Below, in pieces: positions 20,114-30,140 of a DNA stretch of 64,000 bases. The notes below the pieces were generated by a model. The model was not told the origin of the DNA. It was given only the letters and a program-made list of their open reading frames with translations, and made no database searches. Location: positions 32,001 through 96,000 of IMG/VR virus record IMGVR_UViG_3300028840_003497, one strand, 5' to 3'. This stretch comes from a virus. Every line of letters starts with the position of its first letter. Position 1 is the first letter of the stretch. A program made the position numbers and the translations under genes.

Positions 20114-23006
20114 CAAACACACCTAGCAACTTCCTGCGATTGCCTTTCCCAGGCAACGCCTTCAACCGTGTACCGTTTATCCTATCCGCTTTCGGAGTTT
20201 TTTTCCACCTCCCATTTTTTTCCACCTTTAATTTGTCCACCAGGATGTTGATCCGGTTTGCAGCACGCTCCTCCGCTTCCTTCTGATCCTCTAGACTCTC
20301 AGGTTCATCACCCATAAGCCCAACGAACTGCCCTGTCTTTACCCCAAGCACATCCAACATCAACTCGTCGTACCCAACGCTGGCCACGCAGTAGTAGCTC
20401 GGAACATCCTGAAGAGCATCGTCCACTCCGATCCGAGAAATCCGTGTCTCACATTGAGAATTTCCAGTGACTGACACCTTGCCGTTCCTCCTCATCACCA
20501 GCGTTCCAAGTTCATTATTCAGACACCACACTCGCTTGCCGGGACTAACAGACTCATCCCGCCTAAATGAATTCTCCCGCATCGGACTGTCCTGAAGATA
20601 TGCATCCTGCCTATCGCTAATGTAAATATCATAGACAATATTGCCAGCAGACGTCCTATCCTTTCTTGTTGAAATGTTTGCACAAAAACCTCTCCGAACA
20701 CAAAGAGACTGCAGTCTCTCAAACATCACGATATTCGTGTTCGTTATTCTCCTGACAGACGAATCCCATTTCTTCTTTGCTCCGTCTCCAAGCCAAAGAC
20801 CATGAATAAAACACTCCAACTGTTCTCTGGTGCAACCTTCAAGAAGCGGACTCATATTCTTGTCGAGATAACGACGCAGGTCGCACCAACCCTTCAAAGG
20901 CTTATCGCGATCCAACCTGCTACGCCTCGACCCAGTCGGGATTCCATACCAAAGCATCCCTCGGATACGATTAACCCACCACTGAACCCCTGCCCCGTTG
21001 AGAATTTCAACGATATCCTTATTCCATGGTTGATGCTCAGCCTGGTAAATCGTGACCTGCCTACCGTTGAAGTTCCCATCGCTCACAAAAAGACCTATCA
21101 GTCTCAACTCATCATCTGACAGGTCAACACCAGGGGCATCCTGTATACCGCACACTGGAACATACCGCCTCTTCACACCTGATAATTTTTCAGCCGTCCC
21201 AACACCCCACTCAGATCTCACCGTTCCTTCCGTCGTCCTTCTGTTGCTTCTGTACACCATTCTGTGGTCACCAGTAACAAGCAGGTCGAGAGTTACAGAA
21301 TTTATCCGGTACATTTCCTCGTCGTCACCAAGTGAGCGATCCACCTTACCCAAAGCAGGAATCCATCTTATTCTCCCACTATCAACCTCAAACCCAGCCA
21401 CCAGATCACCAACGGCGACATCATCAACGCCTCTGAACCCGTCTTTTGTCAAAACCTCTGTTTTCTCATCAAAGCAATGAATAGCAGGTGACCAGTCCAG
21501 TTCCCCAAACACGCACATTGTTGCTCTATGCTGAAGGCCATCCAGCCCAGCCGCAGATCTCAAGCTCAGCAGCCCGAGGTCTGTTTTCCCATCCATGAAC
21601 CGACGTAGATTCACATCCTTCTGCGCCGTCGTCTGCCTGCCAGTAAAAATGGCAGGTTTGAATTCCTTCAGTCTCTCCTGAAAAATATCGTGAACATCAT
21701 GATGCCAAGCATACACCAAAGGACGCTCTCCACCCTCAATTAGGCTCGCCACAAACTCAGCAACGTACTTGGCCTTCGCCACACCAGTCGCCTTGCGAGA
21801 CTCGCGCTCAATCATACGAGCCATCTGCCCTTTCACATGAAACCGCGCTGTGTCGTATCCTTTTGCCTGCTGCTTAGCCGCACCAATCAGCTTGTCATAC
21901 ATGGCCTCGTCATGATGCAAATCCTCGATCTTCCTCGCTATCTTGGGCAGATCAATCGCCACCTCATCATCAGAAGCTCGGCGACGCAAAAGTAGTCCCT
22001 CGCGAGACAAGTGACCGTTCAATGCCTTCGGGTCAGATACTATCTTCTCGCCGTACCCCGTACACCACTCTCTCGTGAATGCCTCGTGGGATCCCAGAGA
22101 GTGAAAATCGATCGCGTTCATGACAGACCATATCTCTTGCCCATACCCGTACACAGGTGTACCAGATAGCCCCCACACATTCTCTGCTGCCTGGGATGCA
22201 AGCGATGCAGCCGAATACTTCGCTGTCCCAGTGTGCCTTAATTCCTGGACCTCATCAAAGATCACCGTTTTAAACCCACGCGCCAGGATTGTCTTTCTCC
22301 ACCAAGAGATTAACCCGTAATGAATGATCGCAAACGGGGCGTCCGGGATCTTGTACGGCGTCTGCGTCTTGAGGATCGGGGCCAGCTTCTCGCCGCGCTT
22401 CGTCGCCAACTCAAACGGACCCATGTCGCGCTGCCCCTTCAGCCCAGGGAGATCGAACAGCGTGCCCACCATCCGCTGCCACTGCTTCTGGACGTGGGTT
22501 TGGCAGACGATCAGGACAGGATACTTGTTTGCCGTCGCTGCCGAGGCCAACCCGCTCCACGTCTTACCAAGCCCCATCCCATCCCCGAGAACACAGCGAC
22601 GATTGGACGTCAAAAAAGTAACAGCCGACTCCTGAAATGGATACAAATCTCCAAGAAAGTCCGCTGGAGGAGTTGTTCGACGACGATCCGCCCCTGACAC
22701 CCTTTTGTTAATCTGGTCTATCGCGCTCTGCCGAGCATCGTCCAGAACGGATCGACACTGGTCAATATTCACAGGGAAACGCATCAGGAGCCAGTTAAGA
22801 TCGGCAATCTCCCGGCGCGTAGAATGAAATTCCAAATACCCGCCGCCGCCCCTCGTTACCCGCGCGCCTGGGAATATCCTCTTCGCATACTCCAGCAGAA
22901 GAGCCTCTCCGCTCAGCCGGAACATGTTCAGTTTATCAATAAACACCAGCTTGCCGTAGATGTGCCCATCCATGCTCGGCTCTTTGAGGTAATCAGGGAC
23001 CATCAT
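20091..23006 (-). CDS. SNF2/HARP-like SF2 helicase with intein (spliced ~632 aa)
   Basis: LYPFQ, GDGMGLGKT, DEVQ, LSGTP, GLDGLQ, ELDWSP..H|SQCETRI.RIG. Confidence 0.9.
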   Translation of the reverse strand: MMVPDYLKEPSMDGHIYGKLVFIDKLNMFRLSGEALLLEYAKRIFPGARVTRGGGGYLEFHSTRREIADLNWLLMRFPVNIDQCRSVLDDARQSAIDQINKRVSGADRRRTTPPADFLGDLYPFQESAVTFLTSNRRCVLGDGMGLGKTWSGLASAATANKYPVLIVCQTHVQKQWQRMVGTLFDLPGLKGQRDMGPFELATKRGEKLAPILKTQTPYKIPDAPFAIIHYGLISWWRKTILARGFKTVIFDEVQELRHTGTAKYSAASLASQAAENVWGLSGTPVYGYGQEIWSVMNAIDFHSLGSHEAFTREWCTGYGEKIVSDPKALNGHLSREGLLLRRRASDDEVAIDLPKIARKIEDLHHDEAMYDKLIGAAKQQAKGYDTARFHVKGQMARMIERESRKATGVAKAKYVAEFVASLIEGGERPLVYAWHHDVHDIFQERLKEFKPAIFTGRQTTAQKDVNLRRFMDGKTDLGLLSLRSAAGLDGLQHRATMCVFGELDWSPAIHCFDEKTEVLTKDGFRGVDDVAVGDLVAGFEVDSGRIRWIPALGKVDRSLGDDEEMYRINSVTLDLLVTGDHRMVYRSNRRTTEGTVRSEWGVGTAEKLSGVKRRYVPVCGIQDAPGVDLSDDELRLIGLFVSDGNFNGRQVTIYQAEHQPWNKDIVEILNGAGVQWWVNRIRGMLWYGIPTGSRRSRLDRDKPLKGWCDLRRYLDKNMSPLLEGCTREQLECFIHGLWLGDGAKKKWDSSVRRITNTNIVMFERLQSLCVRRGFCANISTRKDRTSAGNIVYDIYISDRQDAYLQDSPMRENSFRRDESVSPGKRVWCLNNELGTLVMRRNGKVSVTGNSQCETRISRIGVDDALQDVPSYYCVASVGYDELMLDVLGVKTGQFVGLMGDEPESLEDQKEAEERAANRINILVDKLKVEKNGRWKKTPKADRINGTRLKALPGKGNRRKLLGVFDGKLRKG
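20460..21476 (-). mobile_element. Intein in SNF2 helicase (339 aa), LAGLIDADG type
   Basis: PAIH|CFDEKTEV...TGDHRM...IGLFVSDG...GLWLGDG...VWCL...SVTGN|SQ. Confidence 0.9.
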
Positions 23007-23349
23007 ATCCGGAACCTCCGATACAGATGACAGGATAATAACATGAATTAATCTCCGGCATTTTCGGCCTCTCGATTTTTAAATCAAGGGGTAGCAAAAA
23101 CGAAGTCCTGTCAAACGAATCCACCCCAAACACCTCGGCCATCCCACCGTACATCTTGATAATCAAGGGGCAAAGCCTGAGAGTATTCACGTACGCCCTC
23201 ACCTTCGAAACGTACTCGGCCCTGCTCTTTGCCGCTTTTTCTGCCATTTCCATCAGATCCTCAAGATTCAAAACACTCTCATCCCAGGATCGCACATCGG
23301 AATACGTATTCCTTTCACCCGTTTTGTTGTTCATATCGTCAGTCCCCAA
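22993..23349 (-). CDS. Hypothetical protein
   Basis: ORF overlapping its neighbours in the operon. Confidence 0.55.
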   Translation of the reverse strand: MGTDDMNNKTGERNTYSDVRSWDESVLNLEDLMEMAEKAAKSRAEYVSKVRAYVNTLRLCPLIIKMYGGMAEVFGVDSFDRTSFLLPLDLKIERPKMPEINSCYYPVICIGGSGYDGP

Positions 23350-23720
23350 TTCTTCGCCAGCGCCACGTATTTAATAGGCTTCCCGTGCGCCTCTTCTATA
23401 TGGTAATGCAGCCCCCGCTCGCTCACCAGGACAACCGTCTCAACCATCTCACTAGATGCGTAACGGGCCACCTGAGAAGCCACAGACTTCGCATTAGGCT
23501 TCCCTTTCTTCACCTCGACGGCCACAGCGCCCTCCACGAGCAAGTCCACCCTGCAACGCGGGGCAATGGTCACCTCGCGTTCATAGGCCAACCCTGCGCC
23601 CTCCAGGGCCTTTATAATCGCCACCACAACCTCAGACTCCAACCGGACCACTGGGATACGGATGCTTCGAGTGGCAACCAAGACTCGATCAACGAGAGAG
23701 AGTTCGGGTTCGTGGGTCAT
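23331..23720 (-). CDS. PD-(D/E)XK nuclease
   Basis: E...RE....RVDLLV...AVEVK...Q..RY. Confidence 0.75.
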   Translation of the reverse strand: MTHEPELSLVDRVLVATRSIRIPVVRLESEVVVAIIKALEGAGLAYEREVTIAPRCRVDLLVEGAVAVEVKKGKPNAKSVASQVARYASSEMVETVVLVSERGLHYHIEEAHGKPIKYVALAKNWGLTI

Positions 23721-23733
23721 CAGCCCTCCTGGA

Positions 23734-23749
23734 ACGAACTTGAGTTCGC
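23734..23749. repeat. Dispersed palindrome copy 5
   Basis: Intergenic, 13 nt before the ATG at 23720. Confidence 0.85.
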
Positions 23750-23750
23750 G

Positions 23751-24212
23751 CTATTTCTTCAACGATGACAATTTACTATGATCGACCGCCACGAAATTAC
23801 GCATCGGTCCAAGCCTTAGATTCATTCCACAATGAGGACACGGATCCCCAACTGCACCAATGTCCTTCTGGGGATCCAGTTTGCAGTTCGCGCACACCAC
23901 CTCAAACACCGCAGCAATGGCACCAAACCCTGTCCTCTCATCTATCCCGAAGAGACCATTCAGCACCCCGAGAAAGCCAACTTTGTAAACTTTCCTGCCG
24001 CCAACTTCTACCGGCTCGTCATCCTCCCACACGTCGTGGACGGCCCCTGGGATTTGATCCATACTAACCTGGATCTCCTCATCTTTGGCCAATTCATCAT
24101 TACAAGGAACCTTTGCTGCTCGCAACGCAGCCATCGCCTCCGGATCAGCCTTGACCGCCCGATTGAGAACATTCAATGCGTCAGCGATACTGATGTTCTT
24201 TCTAATAGTCAC
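23751..24212 (-). CDS. Hypothetical protein with C-terminal Zn ribbon
   Basis: VG.LGVLNGLFG; CANC...CPHC. Confidence 0.6.
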   Translation of the reverse strand: MTIRKNISIADALNVLNRAVKADPEAMAALRAAKVPCNDELAKDEEIQVSMDQIPGAVHDVWEDDEPVEVGGRKVYKVGFLGVLNGLFGIDERTGFGAIAAVFEVVCANCKLDPQKDIGAVGDPCPHCGMNLRLGPMRNFVAVDHSKLSSLKK

Positions 24213-24810
24213 TCCGCCACCTTACAGAAGATTTGCACCCAGTCATGACCATTGGAGCATTCGGAAGATTAACATGGTCTTCATCTTGCTTCACCAAGGG
24301 CCTGTCCAAGATTTCATCGATCCACCCCATCATCTCGTCGGACATACCTGTGCCGATCTGTTTCATCAGCGCCGCCTTGAGATTGTCACGCTGGTAGATC
24401 ACCTCGGCGAGCTTGATACCTGTCGACTCTTGGATCGCCATTTTGTGTGTCACAAATTGAGACCGAACCAGCCGCAATTCCTCCCGGACCTCATCCAGTT
24501 TTTCGCGAAGCAATTTATTGTCTTCGTTTTTAGACGACGCCTCTGTTGCCAATCTAACAAACTCGTCACGATTGATATGAACGCGCTCCCCCCCATCAAA
24601 ACGGGCATCCATCAACACGGCAACCAACGTGGACATCCCTATCTGCTTGCGCTTGAAATCATGCCGCTCATCAGACAACTGTGTCTCCAGTTCTCTGATA
24701 TGCAACCCGAGCTTATCATTTTCGTTCTGCAAATCTCTCTTCTCCAGCAATACACGCCGAACATCCTGTCCCACCACGTCCTCTTTTGACTTTTTTTCTT
24801 CGTCTGACAT
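24202..24810 (-). CDS. Coiled-coil hypothetical protein
   Basis: AAAGGAG RBS before MSDEEKK. Confidence 0.6.
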   Translation of the reverse strand: MSDEEKKSKEDVVGQDVRRVLLEKRDLQNENDKLGLHIRELETQLSDERHDFKRKQIGMSTLVAVLMDARFDGGERVHINRDEFVRLATEASSKNEDNKLLREKLDEVREELRLVRSQFVTHKMAIQESTGIKLAEVIYQRDNLKAALMKQIGTGMSDEMMGWIDEILDRPLVKQDEDHVNLPNAPMVMTGCKSSVRWRSDY

Positions 24811-25337
24811 CACAATCTCCTTTGTTCCTTTATTTTCTGCAGGCACTCCCACGCATGCTTATTCCATCTTGCATCGATCAACGCATTGTGCGCGCCATCT
24901 GGATCCTTGGGCAACTCAGAACGCTCCACATTCATCCAGAACATCTCCTGTTTAATGTCGAGCGTGTACCAGGGCATCCCTTTGGGCAGATCGATCATCA
25001 TCCCGAAGATCCAGCACAGGAGGACGTGATCGTAGTCGGCGTAATAGCCCCACAGCTCGACCGGATCTTCTTTGCTAGGCTTCAAGAAGTCTAACAAAGC
25101 ACTTCGGATCTCGGGCATGCGCTTCCAGGCTGGATTGTACCCACATGCGATGTCGCCCTTGTCTGGCAATTTGCAAATGACGTTTTTACGCACCCACTCG
25201 TTCGCCCTGCTCATGTCAGCGTCTAGATTGATCGCGTAGAACTCGCTATTATCCTCGCCAACCACACCGATCGATATCATCTCCAGAAAACCGGGCTCCT
25301 CCATAAACTCAAAATCGTAAAAAAACCGTCTACTCAT
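24810..25337 (-). CDS. DEDDh 3'-5' exoribonuclease, RNase AS/Rv2179c-like
   Basis: FFYDFEF, ISIG.V.ED..EFYA, WV..NV, LWGYYADYD.V, HNAL.DARW. Confidence 0.85.
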   Translation of the reverse strand: MSRRFFYDFEFMEEPGFLEMISIGVVGEDNSEFYAINLDADMSRANEWVRKNVICKLPDKGDIACGYNPAWKRMPEIRSALLDFLKPSKEDPVELWGYYADYDHVLLCWIFGMMIDLPKGMPWYTLDIKQEMFWMNVERSELPKDPDGAHNALIDARWNKHAWECLQKIKEQRRL

Positions 25338-25620
25338 CGTACTCCTCCCATTTCGCAATCACGGGCTGAACCTCAATATTCTCCCGCTCTTCTTTATCGG
25401 TCACGCCGCCCCAGAAACTCTCCCCAGATGAGCAATACACGTCGCTGTTGTTCCCCATGGCCCATCTAATCTCCGGCCCAGGAACATTCGTCGAACCAAC
25501 CGCTTCAAACTGTCTATACTCCGTTTTGAAGCACAGACTGTCGCCGTGTAAGAAGAACCCAGGCGGACACTCCCGAATCGAGCAAGGCCAACCATCCGGC
25601 TCAAGAATCAACCGTCTCAT
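25330..25620 (-). CDS. Hypothetical protein
   Basis: GGAAGG RBS before MRRLILEP. Confidence 0.6.
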   Translation of the reverse strand: MRRLILEPDGWPCSIRECPPGFFLHGDSLCFKTEYRQFEAVGSTNVPGPEIRWAMGNNSDVYCSSGESFWGGVTDKEERENIEVQPVIAKWEEYDE

Positions 25621-26002
25621 CTGTTGCCTTCCGCGAACTTGAGTTCGCAACCTTGAGTTTGCATACCGGACACCTTTCATCCATCCTTGAATACCGATCC
25701 CCGCATGATCGGCACGTCTCTATCGCCTCATCCTGTCGATGCAGCAAATCCAACAATGCCTCTCGCGCTTTGGCTCGCGGAACAACTTCAACATCCCACC
25801 CTGGAGTCAGGAACAGAACCGTCACGTTCTTCCCGGTGGACTTATTGACCTCACGGATCCCCTTTCGGAGCCTATTCCACAGCGCCTTCTGCCACTGGTA
25901 GCTCGGCTCTTCCACCCGGATGACGATCAGATCGCCGTCTCCCAGGTTGTGGGACTCGGAGTTCTCCTCCAGCCATGCCCGGATCTCAGATTCCTGCCCC
26001 AT
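25601..26002 (-). CDS. Hypothetical protein with C-terminal Zn ribbon
   Basis: CRSC...CPVC; AAGGAG RBS. Confidence 0.6.
   Translation of the reverse strand: MGQESEIRAWLEENSESHNLGDGDLIVIRVEEPSYQWQKALWNRLRKGIREVNKSTGKNVTVLFLTPGWDVEVVPRAKAREALLDLLHRQDEAIETCRSCGDRYSRMDERCPVCKLKVANSSSRKATDETVDS
25633..25648. repeat. Dispersed palindrome copy 6
   Basis: 12 nt before the ATG at 25620. Confidence 0.85.
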
Positions 26003-26483
26003 GCTCCATCTCCTTGATTTGGTGTGCCGTATTGATGAGTATTTTCATCAGTTGTGGGCTCATCCCAAAACGCACCTTATTCTTCCGGAGGCTTTCGAAA
26101 ATATCCCCGTCGCCACGTTTTACTGCCGCCATCCAGTCGCAAATCATCTCAACTATCGCAAACAAACCCATGTCTTCCAGGTCGTCTCCGTGCTCGGGAT
26201 GATGATCGTTGTTCGCGTAGTGGTGTTCCAGCGCCGGTCCCATGTCCTGCAACACAACCTTGTACTCAGGAGATCCGTACGTCAGTAGCCGCAACAATGG
26301 CGTCACCCTGATAAATGTCTCACGCTCCGGATCCTCCATTTTTGAAGCATCGTGAACCATAGCTCTCCGTAAAAGCTCCTGCGCGAACATCATCATTATC
26401 TTAGACACCTCCTGCTGGTGCTTGCGTGTCTCGGCCTCGAAGAATAGTTCCTCTTTGCTCATATCTTCATTCGATTTCGTCAT
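25986..26483 (-). CDS. HD-superfamily protein, DUF5662-like
   Basis: H...V, HDASK, HHY..N.HHPEH, EMICDW.AA. Confidence 0.8.
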   Translation of the reverse strand: MTKSNEDMSKEELFFEAETRKHQQEVSKIMMMFAQELLRRAMVHDASKMEDPERETFIRVTPLLRLLTYGSPEYKVVLQDMGPALEHHYANNDHHPEHGDDLEDMGLFAIVEMICDWMAAVKRGDGDIFESLRKNKVRFGMSPQLMKILINTAHQIKEMEHGAGI

Positions 26484-26916
26484 AAAATTCTCCCACGTTA
26501 ATAGCCTGCGGAACAAAATCGAGAGATCCCTCTTCAATAACATCCACGCAAGTCTCGTTGATTCTAGGACGATATGTCCTGACGAACAGAAATCCATCCT
26601 TCTCCATCGCCCACACGGGAACATTGAATTTGTCCCACTCTGGAAGGAACCCGCTATCCTTCGGCCAGCACAAGATCCACATCTGGTTGTGCTTGTCGGT
26701 CCATTCCTTCGCTAGAGGCATATGACCAGCACGATTAAAACCAGTCGGAAGCCCTATAGCAAAACTGCCAATCTGCGGCGACATAGTACCAACGACATGA
26801 TTCCTACAACCTGCAGCCTCGCCCCATTCAATCGGCTTATAATGCCCACACGTCGTGTCCATTCCTGAAGCACATCCAGGGCACACGAATTTCTTAATCA
26901 TCTCAACATCATTCAT
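26467..26916 (-). CDS. Hypothetical protein
   Basis: GAGGAG RBS; CPGC motif. Confidence 0.6.
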   Translation of the reverse strand: MNDVEMIKKFVCPGCASGMDTTCGHYKPIEWGEAAGCRNHVVGTMSPQIGSFAIGLPTGFNRAGHMPLAKEWTDKHNQMWILCWPKDSGFLPEWDKFNVPVWAMEKDGFLFVRTYRPRINETCVDVIEEGSLDFVPQAINVGEFYDEIE

Positions 26917-26947
26917 CCGTCAACTCCTCAGCAGCAACAAAAACGAC

Positions 26948-27130
26948 TCAGTCTTCATATCGAATGGTCACAGTTAACACTTTGTCGTCTTTCTTCTTCT
27001 TGACCTTCTCCGCCCAGGCCATAATCGTCCCTGTCCTGGTGTCGGAATCAAACACGCGCACCTTGTCATAACGAACCTCGCGGCAGTTCCATCCGTAGAG
27101 CGCAGTGGCGATGATTTTCTTAGGTTCCAT
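26948..27130 (-). CDS. Small hypothetical protein
   Basis: GGAGG RBS. Confidence 0.55.
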   Translation of the reverse strand: MEPKKIIATALYGWNCREVRYDKVRVFDSDTRTGTIMAWAEKVKKKKDDKVLTVTIRYED

Positions 27131-27131
27131 T

Positions 27132-27560
27132 TCAGCCCTCCACCGGATTTACGTCGAGCACGATGAGGTGCATGTACTGCACGTCGCTGACCTGCCTGGA
27201 GTAACGATGGTACGCCTTTATCTGCTCGCGCTCCCTGCACGTCACATCGACCGTGACGCAGACGTACGGCTTGCCCGTCTCGGGATCCCATTCGATCTCC
27301 GCCTTGGGATCACCAATCACCTCGAATGCCTTCCTAGCAGCCTCTACGTGCGCATCGACAGCATCTTTCCACTTCGAAGCCCCAGCTATCACCCGTCGAT
27401 TGTGCCGCATCTCACGCTTCAACTGCTCGTTCCTGCTCTCCATCGCTTCCCTCAACTCTTCAACACCGATCATATCATCCTCCTTACACACCTCAGTCAG
27501 GTGGTTATTTAGCAATTCTTTTTTTCTTCCTCGTCCAATAACTTCTCTACGTACCGCCAT
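27132..27560 (-). CDS. Hypothetical protein
   Basis: ORF in operon; start uncertain. Confidence 0.55.
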   Translation of the reverse strand: MAVRREVIGRGRKKELLNNHLTEVCKEDDMIGVEELREAMESRNEQLKREMRHNRRVIAGASKWKDAVDAHVEAARKAFEVIGDPKAEIEWDPETGKPYVCVTVDVTCREREQIKAYHRYSRQVSDVQYMHLIVLDVNPVEG

Positions 27561-28372
27561 ACTCTCATCATCAAGTCAACAACCGGAGGCTCGATAAACA
27601 TCATCGCAAAACTCTCGTCCTGGGGCCTCAGATCACTGACCGCATCAATGGCAAGCCTCCGCTTCCTCTTCTTCCAACATTTGAGACCCTCGTCCATCTC
27701 CCACCCGTGAGCCTGAAGTGCTCGAAATTTACACTCGAAGAAAACTCGCGATCTGACCATAACAGCATTGAGATCTCCATCACGCCAATGTCCATCTGTA
27801 TAGATACTTAAGGCCATCTTCTTGGCTCGGACAGTGGCCACCTCATCTAACGCAACGGCCTTCTCTCTCCCTTCGAGTTCCACCTCTCCAGGAGTTCCAG
27901 CAGTGTCACTTGTCTCCACCCTGGCCCCTTCGTCCTCGCAGCTTCCAGGATCTGATTCACAGTCGGATTCGCCCCCACTCTGCTCCGAAACTCCGTCACA
28001 CCTTTCCGTGCAAACCCCTCGATCAATGTCATCTGCTCCTGGCCTATAGTCTTCATTCTCAACCTCCGCTTGGTAAAGCAAGTCGTTAATCATCATGATA
28101 AAATTGGACACATCAGCGCATTCCTCGCGAACCGATCTGATATTCTCCAACTGGACATGCGCCAAAATGCGACCCTGACCATCGATCACCTTCGGAAGCA
28201 CAAGAGACAATTCACGAACCTCATCGTAAACCCTCGCCAGGAGCGACCCAGGAAGATCTCTGGCCCACCCGCGCTCTCCGCGCAGTTTGTCGTGTTTTCT
28301 CAGCTTAGCTTCCTGCAACAAAGCCAGCCGAATCACCGGCTCCCGAATATCGCCAACAGTCAACTTCTTCAT
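27509..28372 (-). CDS. MazG-like nucleotide pyrophosphohydrolase domain protein
   Basis: GW......LLARVYDEVREL...EECADVSNF.MM in the N-terminal ~100 aa, then an acidic linker. Confidence 0.6.
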   Translation of the reverse strand: MKKLTVGDIREPVIRLALLQEAKLRKHDKLRGERGWARDLPGSLLARVYDEVRELSLVLPKVIDGQGRILAHVQLENIRSVREECADVSNFIMMINDLLYQAEVENEDYRPGADDIDRGVCTERCDGVSEQSGGESDCESDPGSCEDEGARVETSDTAGTPGEVELEGREKAVALDEVATVRAKKMALSIYTDGHWRDGDLNAVMVRSRVFFECKFRALQAHGWEMDEGLKCWKKRKRRLAIDAVSDLRPQDESFAMMFIEPPVVDLMMRVWRYVEKLLDEEEKKNC

Positions 28373-28689
28373 TTACTCACCTTCTTCTCAGCGCGTCGGA
28401 TTCGCGCTTTGATCCGCTTCTCTTCAGCTGCCAAATCCTTCACGCGATGTTGAATATCGTCCAGAGCCTCTCGGCGGTAGCGAAACTGGCGCTCTTTGTT
28501 AGCGTACTGAAGGAGCACCTCGACAGGATCAAGTATTTCCTCGCAGTCCCGGCACTCTACACGCCGCAGCTTTGGATCCACCCGCACCCGGGTATGCCTG
28601 CACTCATTGATCATACGCGGCTTAATGTCGAGTCGCGCCGAGCCGAAGTTGCCAACGACAACCTCCGCCAGCTTATCTTCATCGCTCAT
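28369..28689 (-). CDS. Zn-binding hypothetical protein
   Basis: C.H...VECRDC..LDP, coiled-coil tail. Confidence 0.6.
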   Translation of the reverse strand: MSDEDKLAEVVVGNFGSARLDIKPRMINECRHTRVRVDPKLRRVECRDCEEILDPVEVLLQYANKERQFRYRREALDDIQHRVKDLAAEEKRIKARIRRAEKKVSK

Positions 28690-29222
28690 GTGTACCCCTC
28701 AAACAAAACGGGCCGTAGAGACTTCTTCAAATAAAGAGGATGCTTTGGATGGCCAGCAGCAGTAATTCCGAAACAATACATCTCCATATCCTTCGCAGCC
28801 AACAACATTGCAACTTGGCGACCACGATCAAGATGGCCACCATGAGATCCCCAGCATAATACAATCAGATCACTCTGCTTTGCAACATCAATGATCGCGT
28901 TGTCATTGTCCGGACCAACCGGATCAGGCTCTGCCTTCATCACCTTCGGGTCAGTAGCCCGGAACGAGAAAATGTTCAGCATCACCATCCTGCCATACCC
29001 CCACGCCTTCGCATAGTTGACACAACGTCTAACAGTGGGGTCGTTCTTCTTTTCGTCAGCGGTCGACGGGTTGAGACCCACAAATACCGCGCAGCCCTTG
29101 GTGCTATCCCACTCGCGCCACAGCCTATAACGGTGCCGACGATCAATGCTGAAATCGGCACCTTCCCCCGCAACGTCGAGCAGGTCTAGCTGTCTATCAA
29201 TGGAGTTTCTTCTCACACTCAT
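28686..29222 (-). CDS. DUF1643 family protein
   Basis: RYRLWR.W, VGLNPSTAD...DPTVRRC...A..WGY, N.F..RAT.P, WG..G, P.HPLY. Confidence 0.9.
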   Translation of the reverse strand: MSVRRNSIDRQLDLLDVAGEGADFSIDRRHRYRLWREWDSTKGCAVFVGLNPSTADEKKNDPTVRRCVNYAKAWGYGRMVMLNIFSFRATDPKVMKAEPDPVGPDNDNAIIDVAKQSDLIVLCWGSHGGHLDRGRQVAMLLAAKDMEMYCFGITAAGHPKHPLYLKKSLRPVLFEGYT

Positions 29223-29329
29223 GTCCTGGCCCCGGACCATGGTATCCGTACCGATGACAAGTCCCGATACTGTTCACTGGCAATTCTGCGGCCTCCCACA
29301 CGGGAGCTTTTCCAGATCGAACTCACCCG

Positions 29330-29800
29330 TCATGACACGTACCGGGCAAATCGCCTCGCAGCTGTCTTGGCTTGTCCGAGTTTCTCTATCTTGATCTTGC
29401 CAGCCTTTACGAACGGGGTCTTGTCAGTCTTGAGGTACCGCTCCGCAAACATCATATCACCAATCCCAAACCCACAAGCTGCTCTGTGGCTCCAACCGTA
29501 CCACTTCTGCTCTTCCTCATTAAATCCAATTGAACAACAATTGTTCACTGCCCCTTTTGGGTCGGCTAGTTGTACCTGCCTGATGCCGTGCTTGATGCAC
29601 AGATAGCGAGCCATCTTTGCGTCCCCCATGTATTGCCCATTGAAGTCAGAGTAACAGCAGACCATATCCAGCTTGCCGTCGCCCCCATACGCAGAAGTGT
29701 CGCGCAACTCCCGGCAGTAGAAATACCCCGGATAGTGCCTGCAAAACAACGTCTCTATAACATTCGGCAAATGTTTAATTTCCTCTTTCTTAATCGTCAT
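29330..29800 (-). CDS. Conserved phage hypothetical protein
   Basis: SIGF...EQKWYGWSHRA..GFGIGD motif; GGAGG RBS. Confidence 0.65.
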   Translation of the reverse strand: MTIKKEEIKHLPNVIETLFCRHYPGYFYCRELRDTSAYGGDGKLDMVCCYSDFNGQYMGDAKMARYLCIKHGIRQVQLADPKGAVNNCCSIGFNEEEQKWYGWSHRAACGFGIGDMMFAERYLKTDKTPFVKAGKIKIEKLGQAKTAARRFARYVS

Positions 29801-30140
29801 TTTCTGCCTCCATCGAATCATATGTCGCATCAAAGATATCCGGCTTGCACGGATATCTCTCACCTTGGACCCCGGTAATAATCCAGTCTCCAGGACAAAC
29901 AATGTGTCCACCCTCCAGCGTATCAACCCATCCGTGACGACGCATAATCTCTCCGCACTTCTCACATTTTTTATCACCATCGCATTCCGGCCTACGATAG
30001 CGCCTTACAACCTTCCCCTCGGGTATGAACCCTTCCTTATCGTTCACATAGATAGGCTCAGAATCGTCCTCCGGATGATCTCCGTTCTTGAACCACTGCG
30101 TAGCATCAATTACAACCGGCTTCTTTCTAAACTTTGACAT
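29790..30140 (-). CDS. PGDYG-like phage protein
   Basis: KFRKKPVVI.A.QW...TLEG...V.PGDWIITGV.GE.YPCKPDIF..TY. Confidence 0.8.
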   Translation of the reverse strand: MSKFRKKPVVIDATQWFKNGDHPEDDSEPIYVNDKEGFIPEGKVVRRYRRPECDGDKKCEKCGEIMRRHGWVDTLEGGHIVCPGDWIITGVQGERYPCKPDIFDATYDSMEAENDD

